A DNA stretch of 64,000 bases from Myxococcota bacterium. Its GTDB lineage: Bacteria; Myxococcota_A; Polyangia; Nannocystales; Nannocystaceae. The notes beneath the pieces were generated by a model that saw only the letters and a list, made by a program, of their open reading frames with translations, ran no database searches and was not told where the DNA came from. Below, piece after piece: positions 30,394 through 40,249 of this stretch. The DNA is taken from NCBI GenBank assembly GCA_039028615.1, contig JBCCHT010000037.1, forward strand, positions 1-64,000, in the 5' to 3' direction. The position numbers and the translations under genes are program-made. How positions within the stretch are numbered: the first letter of the stretch is position 1; each line of letters begins with the position of its first letter.

Positions 30394-31163
30394 CGAGCGC
30401 CTCCGTCTTCTCCGGGCCAAGTCGCTTCCACGCGCCACGCCATGCCCATGCTCAGGGCCTGGGTCTTCACGTCGCGGAAGCCGTGGGCGCGCAGTAGCTC
30501 TTCGTACTCGGCCACCGAGCGGAAGTCGCCGATGCTGCGCGGCAGGTACGTGTAGGCCTCCCAGTCGCGGGTGGCCAGCCAGCCCACGATGGGCAGCACC
30601 GTGCGGTTGTAGACCGAGTGCATCACCCGGGGGACGAGCGTGGTGGGGCGGAAGAACTCCAGGATCACCAGGCGCCCGCCGGGACGCAGGCAGCGGGCCT
30701 GCTCCGCGGTGGCGCGCGGCAGGTCGGAGACGTTGCGGATGCCGAAGGCGCAGAAGATGCCGTCGAGCGAGTCGTCGGCCTCGGGCAGGTCGTGCGCGTC
30801 CATGGTGCGCGGCGTGATCTGTCGGCCCGCGCTGCCCACCAGCTTGTCGGCCCCGCCCGCGAGCATCTCCGCCGAGAAGTCACCCGCGACGATTTCGGCG
30901 TTGGGGTACTGCTCGTGGATCTCGACGCTCGAGTCCATGGTGCCCGCGCACAGGTCGAGCATGCGGGGCGGCTCGTCGCGCTCGGCCGGCTGCAGGCGGG
31001 CCACCGCCTGTCGACGCCAGCGGATGTCGATGCCGAGGCTCATCCATCGGTTGGCGCGGTCGTAGCCGTGGGCGATGCGCCCGAACATGTGCTGGACCTT
31101 CTCCCCGTGGGGGTCGATGGCCTGCACCGGGGCGGACGATTGTTTGGCGAGCGAAGAACTCAT
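30390..31163 (-). CDS. ubiE: Demethylmenaquinone methyltransferase (UbiE/MenG)
   Basis: VQHMFGRIAHGYDRANRWMSLGIDIRWR, LDLCAGT, DFSAEML, FGIRNV, LRPGGRLVILEF, AYTYLPRSI. Confidence 0.9.
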   Translation of the reverse strand: MSSSLAKQSSAPVQAIDPHGEKVQHMFGRIAHGYDRANRWMSLGIDIRWRRQAVARLQPAERDEPPRMLDLCAGTMDSSVEIHEQYPNAEIVAGDFSAEMLAGGADKLVGSAGRQITPRTMDAHDLPEADDSLDGIFCAFGIRNVSDLPRATAEQARCLRPGGRLVILEFFRPTTLVPRVMHSVYNRTVLPIVGWLATRDWEAYTYLPRSIGDFRSVAEYEELLRAHGFRDVKTQALSMGMAWRVEATWPGEDGGAR

Positions 31164-31187
31164 GACGGTGACCTCGGGACAGTGGGC

Positions 31188-32270
31188 CTACAGGCTGCGC
31201 TGCACCACGTAGTGGGCGGCGTCGGCCAGGGCTTCACGGGCAGGGGAGGGCGGCAGGGCGCTCAGGGCATCGGTCGCGGCCCGCACATGGCCCTCGGCGG
31301 TGGCCAGGGCTTGCTCGGCGGCGTCGGTCTCGGCCAGGCGGGCGAGCAGCTCCCAGACGACGTCGTCGCTCATGGGCGGTCCCGACTCGAGCACGCCCTG
31401 GACTCGCTGACGGAGCTTCGCGTCGGCCTCGCAGGCGAGGATGATGGGCAGGGTCATCTTGCCCTCCCGCAGGTCCTGGCCGGGGTCTTTGCCGCTGTCG
31501 GCCGGCTGTTTGCAGCGCGAGCTGAGCATGCTGGGCGTGACGCACACGTCGAGCACGTCGTCGGCGATCTGGAAGGCGTAGCCGATCTCCTGGCCGTAGC
31601 GGCGCAGCGGCTCCACGTAGGCGGGCTCGACGAGGTCGGCCACCGACGAGCACCAAGCGATGAGCGCGGCCGTCTTGCGGTCGATGACCAGCTCGTAGCG
31701 CTCGCGGTCCAGCGAGAAGCGTCCCGCGGTGTCGAGCTGGGCGACCTCGCCCTCGGCCATGCGGGTCACGGTGTCGGCGAGGCTGCACACCGCGGCTTCG
31801 CGCCCGGTGTGGGCGACGGCCTGCAGCGCGCGGGCGAGGCAGTAGTCGCCCGCCAGCACGGCCATGCCGTTGCCGTAGCCCATGCGGGCGGCGGGGCGAC
31901 CCCGGCGGAACTCGCCCTCGTCGATCACGTCGTCGTGCAGCAGGGTCGCCGTGTGCAGCAGCTCGCCCACCGCGGCGACGGTGAGCCGCTCGGGGCCCTC
32001 GAACCCGGCCGCCTCGGCGGCGAGCAGGGTCAGCAGGGGCCGAAAGCGCTTGCCACCCGCGAACGCGATGTGTCCTCCCACCTTGGGGATGACCGCGATG
32101 TCGGAGTGCAGCAGCTCGGCGAAGCGACGCTCGCACAGCACGAGGTCGTCGGCGACCAGGGTGATCGCATGCTCGATGAGAGCGGCAGGATTGCCGCCGG
32201 GCGGGGGCGTGCGGCGGGTGGGGGCCGCGGGCGCGAACTGGCCGCGCAGGTCAGGAGCCGATTCTGACAT
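31188..32270 (-). CDS. Long-chain polyprenyl diphosphate synthase (IspB/HepT-like)
   Basis: GGKRFRP, HTATLLHDDVID, RRG, GEVAQL, KTA, FQIADDVLD, DLREGKMTLP. Confidence 0.9.
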   Translation of the reverse strand: MSESAPDLRGQFAPAAPTRRTPPPGGNPAALIEHAITLVADDLVLCERRFAELLHSDIAVIPKVGGHIAFAGGKRFRPLLTLLAAEAAGFEGPERLTVAAVGELLHTATLLHDDVIDEGEFRRGRPAARMGYGNGMAVLAGDYCLARALQAVAHTGREAAVCSLADTVTRMAEGEVAQLDTAGRFSLDRERYELVIDRKTAALIAWCSSVADLVEPAYVEPLRRYGQEIGYAFQIADDVLDVCVTPSMLSSRCKQPADSGKDPGQDLREGKMTLPIILACEADAKLRQRVQGVLESGPPMSDDVVWELLARLAETDAAEQALATAEGHVRAATDALSALPPSPAREALADAAHYVVQRSL

Positions 32271-32910
32271 TCTGATCCCAGTTGTGGAGCATCGCCGGGA
32301 ACCGAGCGGTACGCCGGGCGATGCGGGTGATGAGCCCGTGCACAGGGCGACGGGCGACGAAAGCGTCGAGGAAGCTGCGACCGAGCTTGAAGAACCCGAG
32401 CAGTTGCTCGACGCGATCCAAGGCGAAGCGAATTCGAGGGGAACCCAGGGGAGCGCCGGCGAGCAGCTCGACCACTTGGGTCACGCGGGAGATGGCGTCG
32501 TTGACCTGGGCGCGCTCCCGACGTCGCATGACGTCGGTGATCAGCTTCCACATGTCGGTCTCGGCCGAGTACAGCCGCCCGCGCCGATGGACTACGCCCC
32601 AGTCGATCAGCGAATTGAGCGTCATGCTGGTCGAGCCCGCGCTGATGCCGAGGCGATCGCGGATGGTGGTGTGCCCCAGCGGCTCCGGGCTCAGGAAGAG
32701 CAATCCGAAGATCCGGCCCTGGGTCCGGGTGAAGCCCCAGAAGGCGGCGATGTTGCCGAACACATGCGAGAGTTCGTCTTGCGCTATGCGCAAACGACGC
32801 TCCGTGTCCGTCTCCGCCTCGGCGTCAACCTCGCCGGACTTGATCGCAGCCAGCTCGCGGCGGTATCGCTCATGCGGGCTCGGCGACGCTTTGGGGGCTG
32901 GGGGGCTCAT
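32251..32910 (-). CDS. GbsR/MarR-family transcriptional regulator heading the menaquinone operon
   Basis: FWGFTRTQGRIFGLLFLSPEPL...I...LGISAGSTSMTLNSLIDWGVV...YSAETDMW winged-helix pattern; overlaps the next gene. Confidence 0.82.
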   Translation of the reverse strand: MSPPAPKASPSPHERYRRELAAIKSGEVDAEAETDTERRLRIAQDELSHVFGNIAAFWGFTRTQGRIFGLLFLSPEPLGHTTIRDRLGISAGSTSMTLNSLIDWGVVHRRGRLYSAETDMWKLITDVMRRRERAQVNDAISRVTQVVELLAGAPLGSPRIRFALDRVEQLLGFFKLGRSFLDAFVARRPVHGLITRIARRTARFPAMLHNWDQNVRIGS

Positions 32911-32917
32911 CGCGCAG

Positions 32918-32947
32918 AAGTTCTTTTCAAATTGAAATGAAGAACTT
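32918..32947. promoter_or_regulatory. AT-rich nested palindrome, candidate operator
   Basis: AAGTTCTT(32918-25)...AAGAACTT(32940-47) enclosing TTTCAA-A-TTGAAA (32925-37), 8-37 bp upstream of the regulator ATG. Confidence 0.7.
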
Positions 32948-32955
32948 GCTCTGAG

Positions 32956-32984
32956 GCTGTACCCCCCCGATCGGCAGCTGTCAA
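32956..32984 (-). promoter_or_regulatory. Candidate sigma70-type promoter for the menaquinone operon
   Basis: Minus-strand TTGACA (32984-32979), 17-nt spacer, TACAGC (32961-32956); the -10 element is imperfect. Confidence 0.5.
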
Positions 32985-33097
32985 ACGCAAACGCGCGGGT
33001 CGATTTCGCGGGAACAACACTGTCCGGCCGGTTGTTCGGCCTTTCTGTCGCCCGTCTCAATCGGCCGGGCGGCCCTTGCTACGATCGGCACCACTCG

Positions 33098-34567
33098 ATG
33101 CAACGTCGCACGGACCACCGGGTCAGCCCGGCTTGGCTCGCCGCTGGAACCGGGCTGGTCGGGGTCAGTCTGGGAGCCGCCGCCGTCATGTTCGGGGCGC
33201 AGTCGGGGCGCCAAGCCCGCGTCGCCCCCACCACCGAAGTCCTCGCTCCGGCCCCGGCCGTGGCACCGCAGCCCGCCGTCGCGCCGGGCACCACCGTCCC
33301 CGCGCCGACACCTTCGCTCGCCGATGCCGTCGAGAGCACCCGTGACGCGGTGGTCAACATCGGCACCGAGCGCAGCCTGGGCGCGGGGGTCATCGTGCAC
33401 TCTCGCGGGATCGTGGTGACCAACTACCACGTCATCGCCGACGCTCTCGAGATGCCCAGCGAGCGTTGGTCGGGCGCGGCCGAAGAGACGCCCACCGTGA
33501 CCGCGCGGTTCGAAAACGGGCGCGAGCTGCCGGCCACCGTGTTGGTCGCCGACGGCATCGAAGACCTCGCCATCTTACGGTTGGTGTCCGACCGGCCCTC
33601 CGAGCGTTTCGCCGCCGTCTCGCTCGGCAACTCGTCCGCGCTGCGCGTGGGCCAGGACGTGTTCGCCATCGGCAATCCCTTCGGGCTCAACCACAGCGTC
33701 TCGCGAGGCATCATCGCCGCCCGCGATCGCACCGACGTCATGCGGGACCGCCCCGTGCCGCTGCTGCAGCTCGACGCGGCCATCAACCTCGGCAACTCGG
33801 GGGGTCCGCTCTTCGACTTCGATGGGGCGCTGGTCGGCATCGTGACCTCGCGTCAGCGCAACGCGGAGGGCATTGCCTTTGCCGTGCCCGTCGACCACGT
33901 GCGGGCGTTCCTCGATGCCGTCAGCGATCCCAAGACCCCGCGCAGCTCGGGCGCCATCGGCTTGATGGTGCGGGGTGAGACGGCCGGCCCCGATGGCGCG
34001 CGGCTTGGGCATCGCGCGTGGCTCGACGTCTCCAAGGTCATGCCGGACAGCACCGCCGCCGCGGCCGGGTTGCAGCCGGGCGATGCCATCGTCGCGTTGC
34101 GAGGCAAGCGGCTCGATGGGCTGTCCAAGGCCGACGACGGCTATGCACTCGCGGAACACCTGGTGATGACGGTGCGCAGCTCGATCCCGGGCGAGCGCCT
34201 GCCGCTGACGCTCATCCGCGGCGGACAGCTGGAGGAAGTCTCCGTGGAGATCGGCTCCGTGCCGCCCGATCAGCAGGTGTCGATCGACTCCGAAGAGCTG
34301 CTGGGGCTCGAGCTGCGGCCCGGTCAGCCCATTCCCGTCGTGGGAGCCGTCAAGCCGCACGAGCGCTCGCGGCTGCGTCACGATCCTCGCGGCTACCAGA
34401 TCGTGCGCTTGGTCGATGAGCCAATCCGATCCACCGAGGCGCTGGGGGCCGAGCTGACGCGGCTGCGGGAGCTGTTGCGCCAGAGCCAGGGCTCGTTCTC
34501 GGTGTTGGTGGGCCTGCGAGACCCTCGCACCTCGCAGGTGCACCACCATTTCGTGCTGGTACAGTGA
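33098..34567 (+). CDS. HtrA/DegP-like trypsin serine protease with PDZ domain
   Basis: Catalytic triad TNYHV / EDLAIL / GNSGGP; AIGNPFGL; PDZ-like AAAAGLQPGDAIV; N-terminal TM segment. Confidence 0.9.
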   Translation: MQRRTDHRVSPAWLAAGTGLVGVSLGAAAVMFGAQSGRQARVAPTTEVLAPAPAVAPQPAVAPGTTVPAPTPSLADAVESTRDAVVNIGTERSLGAGVIVHSRGIVVTNYHVIADALEMPSERWSGAAEETPTVTARFENGRELPATVLVADGIEDLAILRLVSDRPSERFAAVSLGNSSALRVGQDVFAIGNPFGLNHSVSRGIIAARDRTDVMRDRPVPLLQLDAAINLGNSGGPLFDFDGALVGIVTSRQRNAEGIAFAVPVDHVRAFLDAVSDPKTPRSSGAIGLMVRGETAGPDGARLGHRAWLDVSKVMPDSTAAAAGLQPGDAIVALRGKRLDGLSKADDGYALAEHLVMTVRSSIPGERLPLTLIRGGQLEEVSVEIGSVPPDQQVSIDSEELLGLELRPGQPIPVVGAVKPHERSRLRHDPRGYQIVRLVDEPIRSTEALGAELTRLRELLRQSQGSFSVLVGLRDPRTSQVHHHFVLVQ

Positions 34568-34574
34568 CGCGCGC

Positions 34575-35342
34575 ATGGTCCCCGCACGTGCCGGCTCGAT
34601 CCTCGGAGTGCTGATGTTCGTGGCCTGTGGCGGGGCGTCGGAGGGGGCGTCGCCTACGGCCGAGGCCAAGCCCGCCGCCTCGAGTACGGCCGAGGCGACG
34701 GCGAAGGTCGCGGGCGACCCATTGCTGACCCGTGCCCGGGAGGGCGTGCGGGAGGGCGCGCTGCCCTCCGACATCGAAGCGGAGCTGCTCGCCTCCACCG
34801 CGCCCGAGCATGCCCGGGCACGTCGGGTGCTGCTGGCCATGACGCAGCCGGCCGATGTCTCCGAGGCGGACCCGCCCGCGGACGCCGAGATAGCGCCGCC
34901 GCCGATCGTTCCGACGTCTTCCCAGGACACCACCGCGCCCGTGCCTGCGCCGCGGACCTCCACGTCGGGCACCTCGGGCACGTCGAGCAAATCCTCGCCC
35001 ACACCCCGCCCGGTGCCGAGCGCCGGTCCGAGCACCGTGGGCAAGCTCGCGTTCAAGCGCAGCACCAAGGGCGCCACCCTGACCATCGCCGGGACCTCCT
35101 CGCTGGTGGTCGGGGTCGCCAATCAGCCTTCGAGCGGCATCGTGCGGCTGGTGGTGGAGAAGGCCAAGGCCAAGACCTCGGTGCTCACGGCGCGGCCGAA
35201 GATCGAAGGCGCTCGCATCACCGGAGTCCGGCAAGGGCAAGGGACGATTCAGATCACCCTGAAGCTCGAGCCCGGCTGGACGCTCGGCTCGGTGTCGCCG
35301 TTCTCGGGCGGGGCGCGGGTCAAGCTGCGTGCCCCCGGCTGA
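34575..35342 (+). CDS. Lipoprotein with Pro/Ser/Thr linker and C-terminal beta domain (AMIN-like)
   Basis: Lipobox FVAC; low-complexity linker; beta-rich C-terminus (IVRLVV, ITGVRQG, IQITLKL). Confidence 0.65.
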   Translation: MVPARAGSILGVLMFVACGGASEGASPTAEAKPAASSTAEATAKVAGDPLLTRAREGVREGALPSDIEAELLASTAPEHARARRVLLAMTQPADVSEADPPADAEIAPPPIVPTSSQDTTAPVPAPRTSTSGTSGTSSKSSPTPRPVPSAGPSTVGKLAFKRSTKGATLTIAGTSSLVVGVANQPSSGIVRLVVEKAKAKTSVLTARPKIEGARITGVRQGQGTIQITLKLEPGWTLGSVSPFSGGARVKLRAPG

Positions 35343-35482
35343 CCGATCTCGTCGCGATGCGGTGATTCTTCGATCCGGGCGCACGGCGGCGGCGACCGTC
35401 GTCTGGCGCCAGTCCTGCCGACTCCTCCGAGGGCATCGTCGCTGGCCGCATCCGAGCTTCGTGGTATAGGCGCGACAGACCC

Positions 35483-37318
35483 ATGGCCTACCGCAGCCTC
35501 CGGCAGTGCGTGGACGACCTCGAGCGCCACGGTCACCTGGTTCGAGTCTCCGCCGAAGTCGATCCCGAGCTCCAGCTCGCCGCGATCCAACGCCGACTCT
35601 ACGCCGCCCAAGGGCCCGCGGTGCTGTTCGAGCGGGTCGCGGGCAGCCCGTTTCCCGCGGTTGCCAACCTGTTCGGCACGATGGAGCGCGGGCGCTTCAT
35701 CTTTCGGCACACGCTGCGACGGGTCCAACAAGCGGTCGAGCTCAAGGCCGATCCGCTGGCGGCGCTGCGGCGGCCGTGGCAGTTCCTCAGCGCGCCGCTG
35801 ACCGGTCTGCGCAGCCTGCCGATGCGCTCGCGCGGGGGACCGACGCTGCAGCACCAGACCCAGATCTCGAAGCTGCCCGCAGTGCGCTCGTGGCCCAAGG
35901 ACGGCGGCCCCTTCATCACGCTGCCGCAGGTCTTCTCGCAGACGCCGGGCGGGCGGAGGATCATGGACTCGAACCTCGGCATGTACCGGGTGCAGCTTTC
36001 GGGCAACGACTACGCACCGGACGAAGAGGTCGGGCTGCACTACCAGATCCATCGCGGGATCGGGGCTCATCATGCGGCCGCCCGCGACCGAGGCGAGTCG
36101 CTGCCGGTCAGCATCTTCGTGGGAGGGCCGCCCGCCCACACCTTCGCGGCGGTGATGCCCATGCCCGAGGGCATGAGCGAGCTGGTCATGGCGGGGATGT
36201 TGGCGGGGCGTCGCTTTCGCTACGCGCAGGTCGGCCCGCACATCGTCTCGACCGAGGCCGACTTCTGCATCGTGGGACACATCGATCCCACGCGGACCAA
36301 GCCGGAGGGACCCTTCGGTGACCACCTGGGCTACTACAGCCTGGCGCACGATTTCCCGGTGATGAAGGTCGATGCCGTCTACCACCGGCCCGATGCGATC
36401 TGGCCGTTCACGGTGGTGGGCCGGCCTCCGCAGGAGGACACGACCTTCGGCGGCCTGATCCACGAGATCACCGCGCCGATGGTCCCGGTCGAGATTCCGG
36501 GGCTCAAGGCGATGCATGCCGTCGACGTGGCGGGGGTGCACCCGCTGATGCTCGCGCTGGGCAGCGAGCGCTATGTGCCGTACCGGCCGCGCCAGCCCCA
36601 GGAGCTGCTGACCCTGGCCAATGCGATCTTGGGCTTCAATCAAGCGTCGTTGGCGAAGTTCCTGCTCATCGCGGCGCACGAGGACGCGCCCGAGCTGACG
36701 CTGCACGACGAGACCGAGTTCCTCGCCCACGTGCTGCGTCGCTTCGACCCCACCCGCGACCTGCACTTCCAGACTCGCACCACCATGGACACCCTCGACT
36801 ACTCGGGCACGGGCCTGAACGCGGGGTCCAAGCTGGTCATCGCGGCGGCGGGAGAGCCCGTGCGCGAGCTGGGGACGCAGGTGCCAGAGTCGTTGTCGCT
36901 GCCCGACGGGTTTGGTCCGGCTCGGCTGGCGATGCCCGGGGTCCTGGTGGTGCAGGCGCCCGCGTGGGACGAGCGCGGCGAAGCGGTGGCGGCTGCGTTC
37001 GGCGACGCAATGGTCGGGAGCGCGCTGGCGGGCACGGACACGCGGTGGCCCCTGGTGGTGTTGGCCGATGACGCGGAGATGACCGCTCGTACCGCGGCGA
37101 ACCTGCTGTGGGTGACGTTCACGCGCGCGAACCCATCGCACGACGTACACGGCGTCGATGCCTTCGTGGAGCACAAGCACTGGGGCTGTCGGGGGTCGTT
37201 GATCGTCGATGCGCGGATCAAGGCTCACCACGCGCCGCCGCTCGAAGAGGACCCCGCGGTCACGCGCGCGGTCGAGGCCATGGCCGCATCGGGCGGCCCG
37301 CTTCACGGACTCATCTAA
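35483..37318 (+). CDS. ubiD: UbiD-family prFMN-dependent decarboxylase (likely the menaquinone-pathway MqnL)
   Basis: WPKDGGPFITLP, NLGMYRVQ, EGPFGDHLGYYS, TVVGRPPQED, DTLDYSG; ubiX and mqn genes nearby. Confidence 0.88.
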   Translation: MAYRSLRQCVDDLERHGHLVRVSAEVDPELQLAAIQRRLYAAQGPAVLFERVAGSPFPAVANLFGTMERGRFIFRHTLRRVQQAVELKADPLAALRRPWQFLSAPLTGLRSLPMRSRGGPTLQHQTQISKLPAVRSWPKDGGPFITLPQVFSQTPGGRRIMDSNLGMYRVQLSGNDYAPDEEVGLHYQIHRGIGAHHAAARDRGESLPVSIFVGGPPAHTFAAVMPMPEGMSELVMAGMLAGRRFRYAQVGPHIVSTEADFCIVGHIDPTRTKPEGPFGDHLGYYSLAHDFPVMKVDAVYHRPDAIWPFTVVGRPPQEDTTFGGLIHEITAPMVPVEIPGLKAMHAVDVAGVHPLMLALGSERYVPYRPRQPQELLTLANAILGFNQASLAKFLLIAAHEDAPELTLHDETEFLAHVLRRFDPTRDLHFQTRTTMDTLDYSGTGLNAGSKLVIAAAGEPVRELGTQVPESLSLPDGFGPARLAMPGVLVVQAPAWDERGEAVAAAFGDAMVGSALAGTDTRWPLVVLADDAEMTARTAANLLWVTFTRANPSHDVHGVDAFVEHKHWGCRGSLIVDARIKAHHAPPLEEDPAVTRAVEAMAASGGPLHGLI

Positions 37319-37450
37319 AAGCTCCATCCCCCGACATGTGAAGTTCGCCACCTTCTTCGATCCGAGGACCTCGCCCGCACCGAGGCCTGAGGCCGCCACC
37401 TCGCGCGTCGCATGTGGCACCATCCGGCTCTGCAAGCGGATGGAGGAGCT

Positions 37451-37819
37451 GTGAATGTCGGTGAAGCGTGCCTCGCGGTCGAGGCGTTCATGCACGCGTT
37501 CTTGAAGGAGCGCTCGCACTACTTCCTCGAGGCGTCGGACGTGCTCGAGGAGGACTGGGCCGGGCCGGGTGAGGCCGTCGAGATGGCCTTGGTGGCCTAT
37601 TCTGCGGAGTTCAACCAGATCCTGGTGATGATCTCCGTGGGGGACCCGCTGGAGCCAGACTCCATGGGCCCCACGATGTCGGCGGACGAGTGCACGCGGA
37701 TGGCCCGGACGCAATTGTCCGAGATTGCCGCGCAGTACACGATCCAGGTCGGGGCCACCGGGCGCTGGGGGGCCTGGGAGACCTACCGTCGGGACTGGGA
37801 GGGAGCGCCGCCGTTGTGA
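37451..37819 (+). CDS. Small acidic hypothetical protein (122 aa)
   Basis: GGAGGAG ribosome-binding site before the GTG at 37451; GTGA overlap with the next ORF. Confidence 0.6.
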   Translation: MNVGEACLAVEAFMHAFLKERSHYFLEASDVLEEDWAGPGEAVEMALVAYSAEFNQILVMISVGDPLEPDSMGPTMSADECTRMARTQLSEIAAQYTIQVGATGRWGAWETYRRDWEGAPPL

Positions 37820-38541
37820 GGGCGCTCGACGTCGTGCGACCGGAACTGGTCGCCCCGGAGCGGGACTGGCGGGCGGCCGTGGTCATGCAGGCGCCCCACA
37901 GCCCCGAGCCTCACGGGATCGACCGGATCGCGGCGACCTACGTCGATGGTCTGCGCGACGCGGTCGGACCCCCGATCGAGCAGCTGCACAGCATGCGCTG
38001 GCTCAGTCCCTGGGTCGCCGTGATCGACCGCTCGCCGAGCGAACTGCCCAGCCGGCCCCTGATGCTGGAGGCTCTGCAGAACGTCGATGGTGCCTTTCGC
38101 ATTCGGCAGGTGGTCGTGTTCGGAGAGGGCCCGGATGCGCTCCCGGACTTCCATTGGTGGAGCCCGGCCCTGGCCGACGCGATCCGGGCCTTTCCCTGGT
38201 CCGGCGAGCTCCTGGGGCGGATGATCGGAGCGTGCGACGTTCACGGTCGAGCGGGCGGCGAGCTGGCCAGCGCCGCGCACGTGCAGGGCGTCGTCGCATG
38301 GTCCCTGCACGCCTCGGTCCAGCGCGCTTGGCCCCAGTTCCGCACGGGCACCTGGGAAGCGGTCACCGACAGTGAGCGCTTGACCCTGACCTTCGACGCG
38401 GGTCGAGTCGTCGGGGGAAGCGGTGCAGGCTCGGCCCCGGACTCGGCCCGGGCCGTGTTGGCCGCATCCCGCGGACAGCTTTGGTGGCACAAGGAGCCGC
38501 GGGACGAAGCGGTGGGGGTCTGGCAGTTCGGCGAACTCTGA
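37816..38541 (+). CDS. Hypothetical protein (241 aa)
   Basis: Translationally coupled to the previous ORF; Trp-rich, globular-looking sequence. Confidence 0.55.
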   Translation: MRALDVVRPELVAPERDWRAAVVMQAPHSPEPHGIDRIAATYVDGLRDAVGPPIEQLHSMRWLSPWVAVIDRSPSELPSRPLMLEALQNVDGAFRIRQVVVFGEGPDALPDFHWWSPALADAIRAFPWSGELLGRMIGACDVHGRAGGELASAAHVQGVVAWSLHASVQRAWPQFRTGTWEAVTDSERLTLTFDAGRVVGGSGAGSAPDSARAVLAASRGQLWWHKEPRDEAVGVWQFGEL

Positions 38542-38625
38542 CGCGTGCACCCTCGGTCTGCGTCCGTGGGGAGAGGGCGCGGCGGTCACGCTGCCCTCGA
38601 CCACCGGGCTCGGCTCGTTCACGCT

Positions 38626-39483
38626 TCAGTTCTGAATGAGGTGCGACTCGGTGGCGCGACCAGTCGCGGGGTCCAGGCGCACCAATCGGTGCTCGACCTC
38701 GTAGTAGTCTTGCTGATCCCGACGCGTCGTCCGTGACGCGCGGGTCACCAACCACACGGACTCCCCCAGTCGAGCCGTTCCCACGAGCGAGACCTTGGCC
38801 TCGTCGATTCCCACCGGTGCAGCGAGCTCGGTGACGGCGGTGGTCCATGCCGTCGTTCCGTTGGCGTCCTCGCGACTCAAGGTCTCGACCGGCGCGCCGC
38901 CCTGGAAGTCGGACCCGAACACCAACACGCTCGGAGGGTCGGTGCCCAATACCGTCTCATCGCGCGCCGGAACCCGCTTCGAAGGCTTCGGCCGCACCTC
39001 CGCATCTCCAGCGAGCGGCGCAATGGCACCCGAGCGATCCACCGAGTAGCGCTTGCCGTCCGGTCCATCGAGGACGGCACGACCGTCCTGAATGCCGATC
39101 ACGTCGTAGGTTGCCGCGAGCGCATCGTGCCCCTTCAGCGCATCGGCGATCCCGGGTTGGGGCGCGAGAGTATCCAACGCCCGCGCTTCCAGGCCTGGCG
39201 GAGCGGTGCCTCGGGACAGCCACACCACGTCCGAGGTCACCCCGGCGACATGAAAGGCGTTGCGTTCGTCCACCGACTTGCGAACCGCACCATCGGTGCC
39301 AACCAACGCGATGCGATTGAGTTCGCGGTAGCCCGTGAGCTCATCGGGGACGGAACCGACCAGCAGCAACTGGTCCCCGGCCGCAAACAGCTGCGAGTAC
39401 GCGATGTGCACCGCCTCGGCTTTCTTGCAGCCGGGCACGACTGCGAGCAAGGCCACCAATGCGAGGGCGAACGCGCGAATCAT
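38626..39483 (-). CDS. Hypothetical lipoprotein, possibly beta-propeller-like
   Basis: MIRAFALALVALLAVVPGC lipobox; beta-rich, ends LVRLDPATGR. Confidence 0.68.
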   Translation of the reverse strand: MIRAFALALVALLAVVPGCKKAEAVHIAYSQLFAAGDQLLLVGSVPDELTGYRELNRIALVGTDGAVRKSVDERNAFHVAGVTSDVVWLSRGTAPPGLEARALDTLAPQPGIADALKGHDALAATYDVIGIQDGRAVLDGPDGKRYSVDRSGAIAPLAGDAEVRPKPSKRVPARDETVLGTDPPSVLVFGSDFQGGAPVETLSREDANGTTAWTTAVTELAAPVGIDEAKVSLVGTARLGESVWLVTRASRTTRRDQQDYYEVEHRLVRLDPATGRATESHLIQN

Positions 39484-39512
39484 GACCCCCACCATACAGC
39501 AGCACTCCGTCG

Positions 39513-40202
39513 GTGCCGGGCCCCATCTCGTGGAGCTCGGCCAGCGCCCGACCCCGGCGTCGGGAGACCGCTGACTCGGGCTCCGTGGTAGCGTGGTGCT
39601 CAGTGGGCGAGAGCGACTGGGACGAGCTTCGGCGCGCCCACGACCGGGGCGACGTACGAGAGGACCCTCCTGGCCGTTGGGTCTTCCCCGACGGAACACT
39701 CTGGTTCCAGGACGGACTCGAGAATCGGGAGGGAGGCGTCGCCGGGATTGCCGTCTTTGGCGTCGCCACCGTGGGCTGTTTGTTCGCCACGGTGCTCGCT
39801 CTACACGATGGGTTTTCGTGGTGGCCGTGGACTCTCGGTGCGGCTGCCCTCTGCGCCCTTGGGGTCGGGCGGTTCGCGACTCGGCACGGGCGGCATCTCG
39901 ACGAGCTGAAGAAGACGCTCGATCTCGGCGTGTTCTTCTGTCCAACCGAGGTCGTGCTCTGCAAGGGCCCCAAGCAGCACATCCCGCGCTCTCGCGTCAC
40001 TGGCTTTTGCTACCGATTCCACGGGGGTGATGGCGGGTCAGGGGTCCGCTACGTCCATCTCGAATTGGGGGAGGGACAGGAAGTGGCGACCGACATTCGG
40101 GAGTCACCTCAGGTGGTGGCGATGCTTCGCGCCTGGCACGAGGCGGAGCTCAAAGACCGAACGTCGACAGGGGCCGCGCTATCGCCTCGCGAGGGTTTTT
40201 GA
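39513..40202 (+). CDS. Hypothetical membrane protein (2 TM); start uncertain
   Basis: Two hydrophobic segments (VAGIAVFGVATVGCLFATVL; WWPWTLGAAALCALGV) followed by a beta-rich domain. Confidence 0.5.
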   Translation: MPGPISWSSASARPRRRETADSGSVVAWCSVGESDWDELRRAHDRGDVREDPPGRWVFPDGTLWFQDGLENREGGVAGIAVFGVATVGCLFATVLALHDGFSWWPWTLGAAALCALGVGRFATRHGRHLDELKKTLDLGVFFCPTEVVLCKGPKQHIPRSRVTGFCYRFHGGDGGSGVRYVHLELGEGQEVATDIRESPQVVAMLRAWHEAELKDRTSTGAALSPREGF

Positions 40203-40249
40203 GATGAGCCTTAGTTTCTCGGCGGCTCGCGGCGATATGCTGGGGGTGC

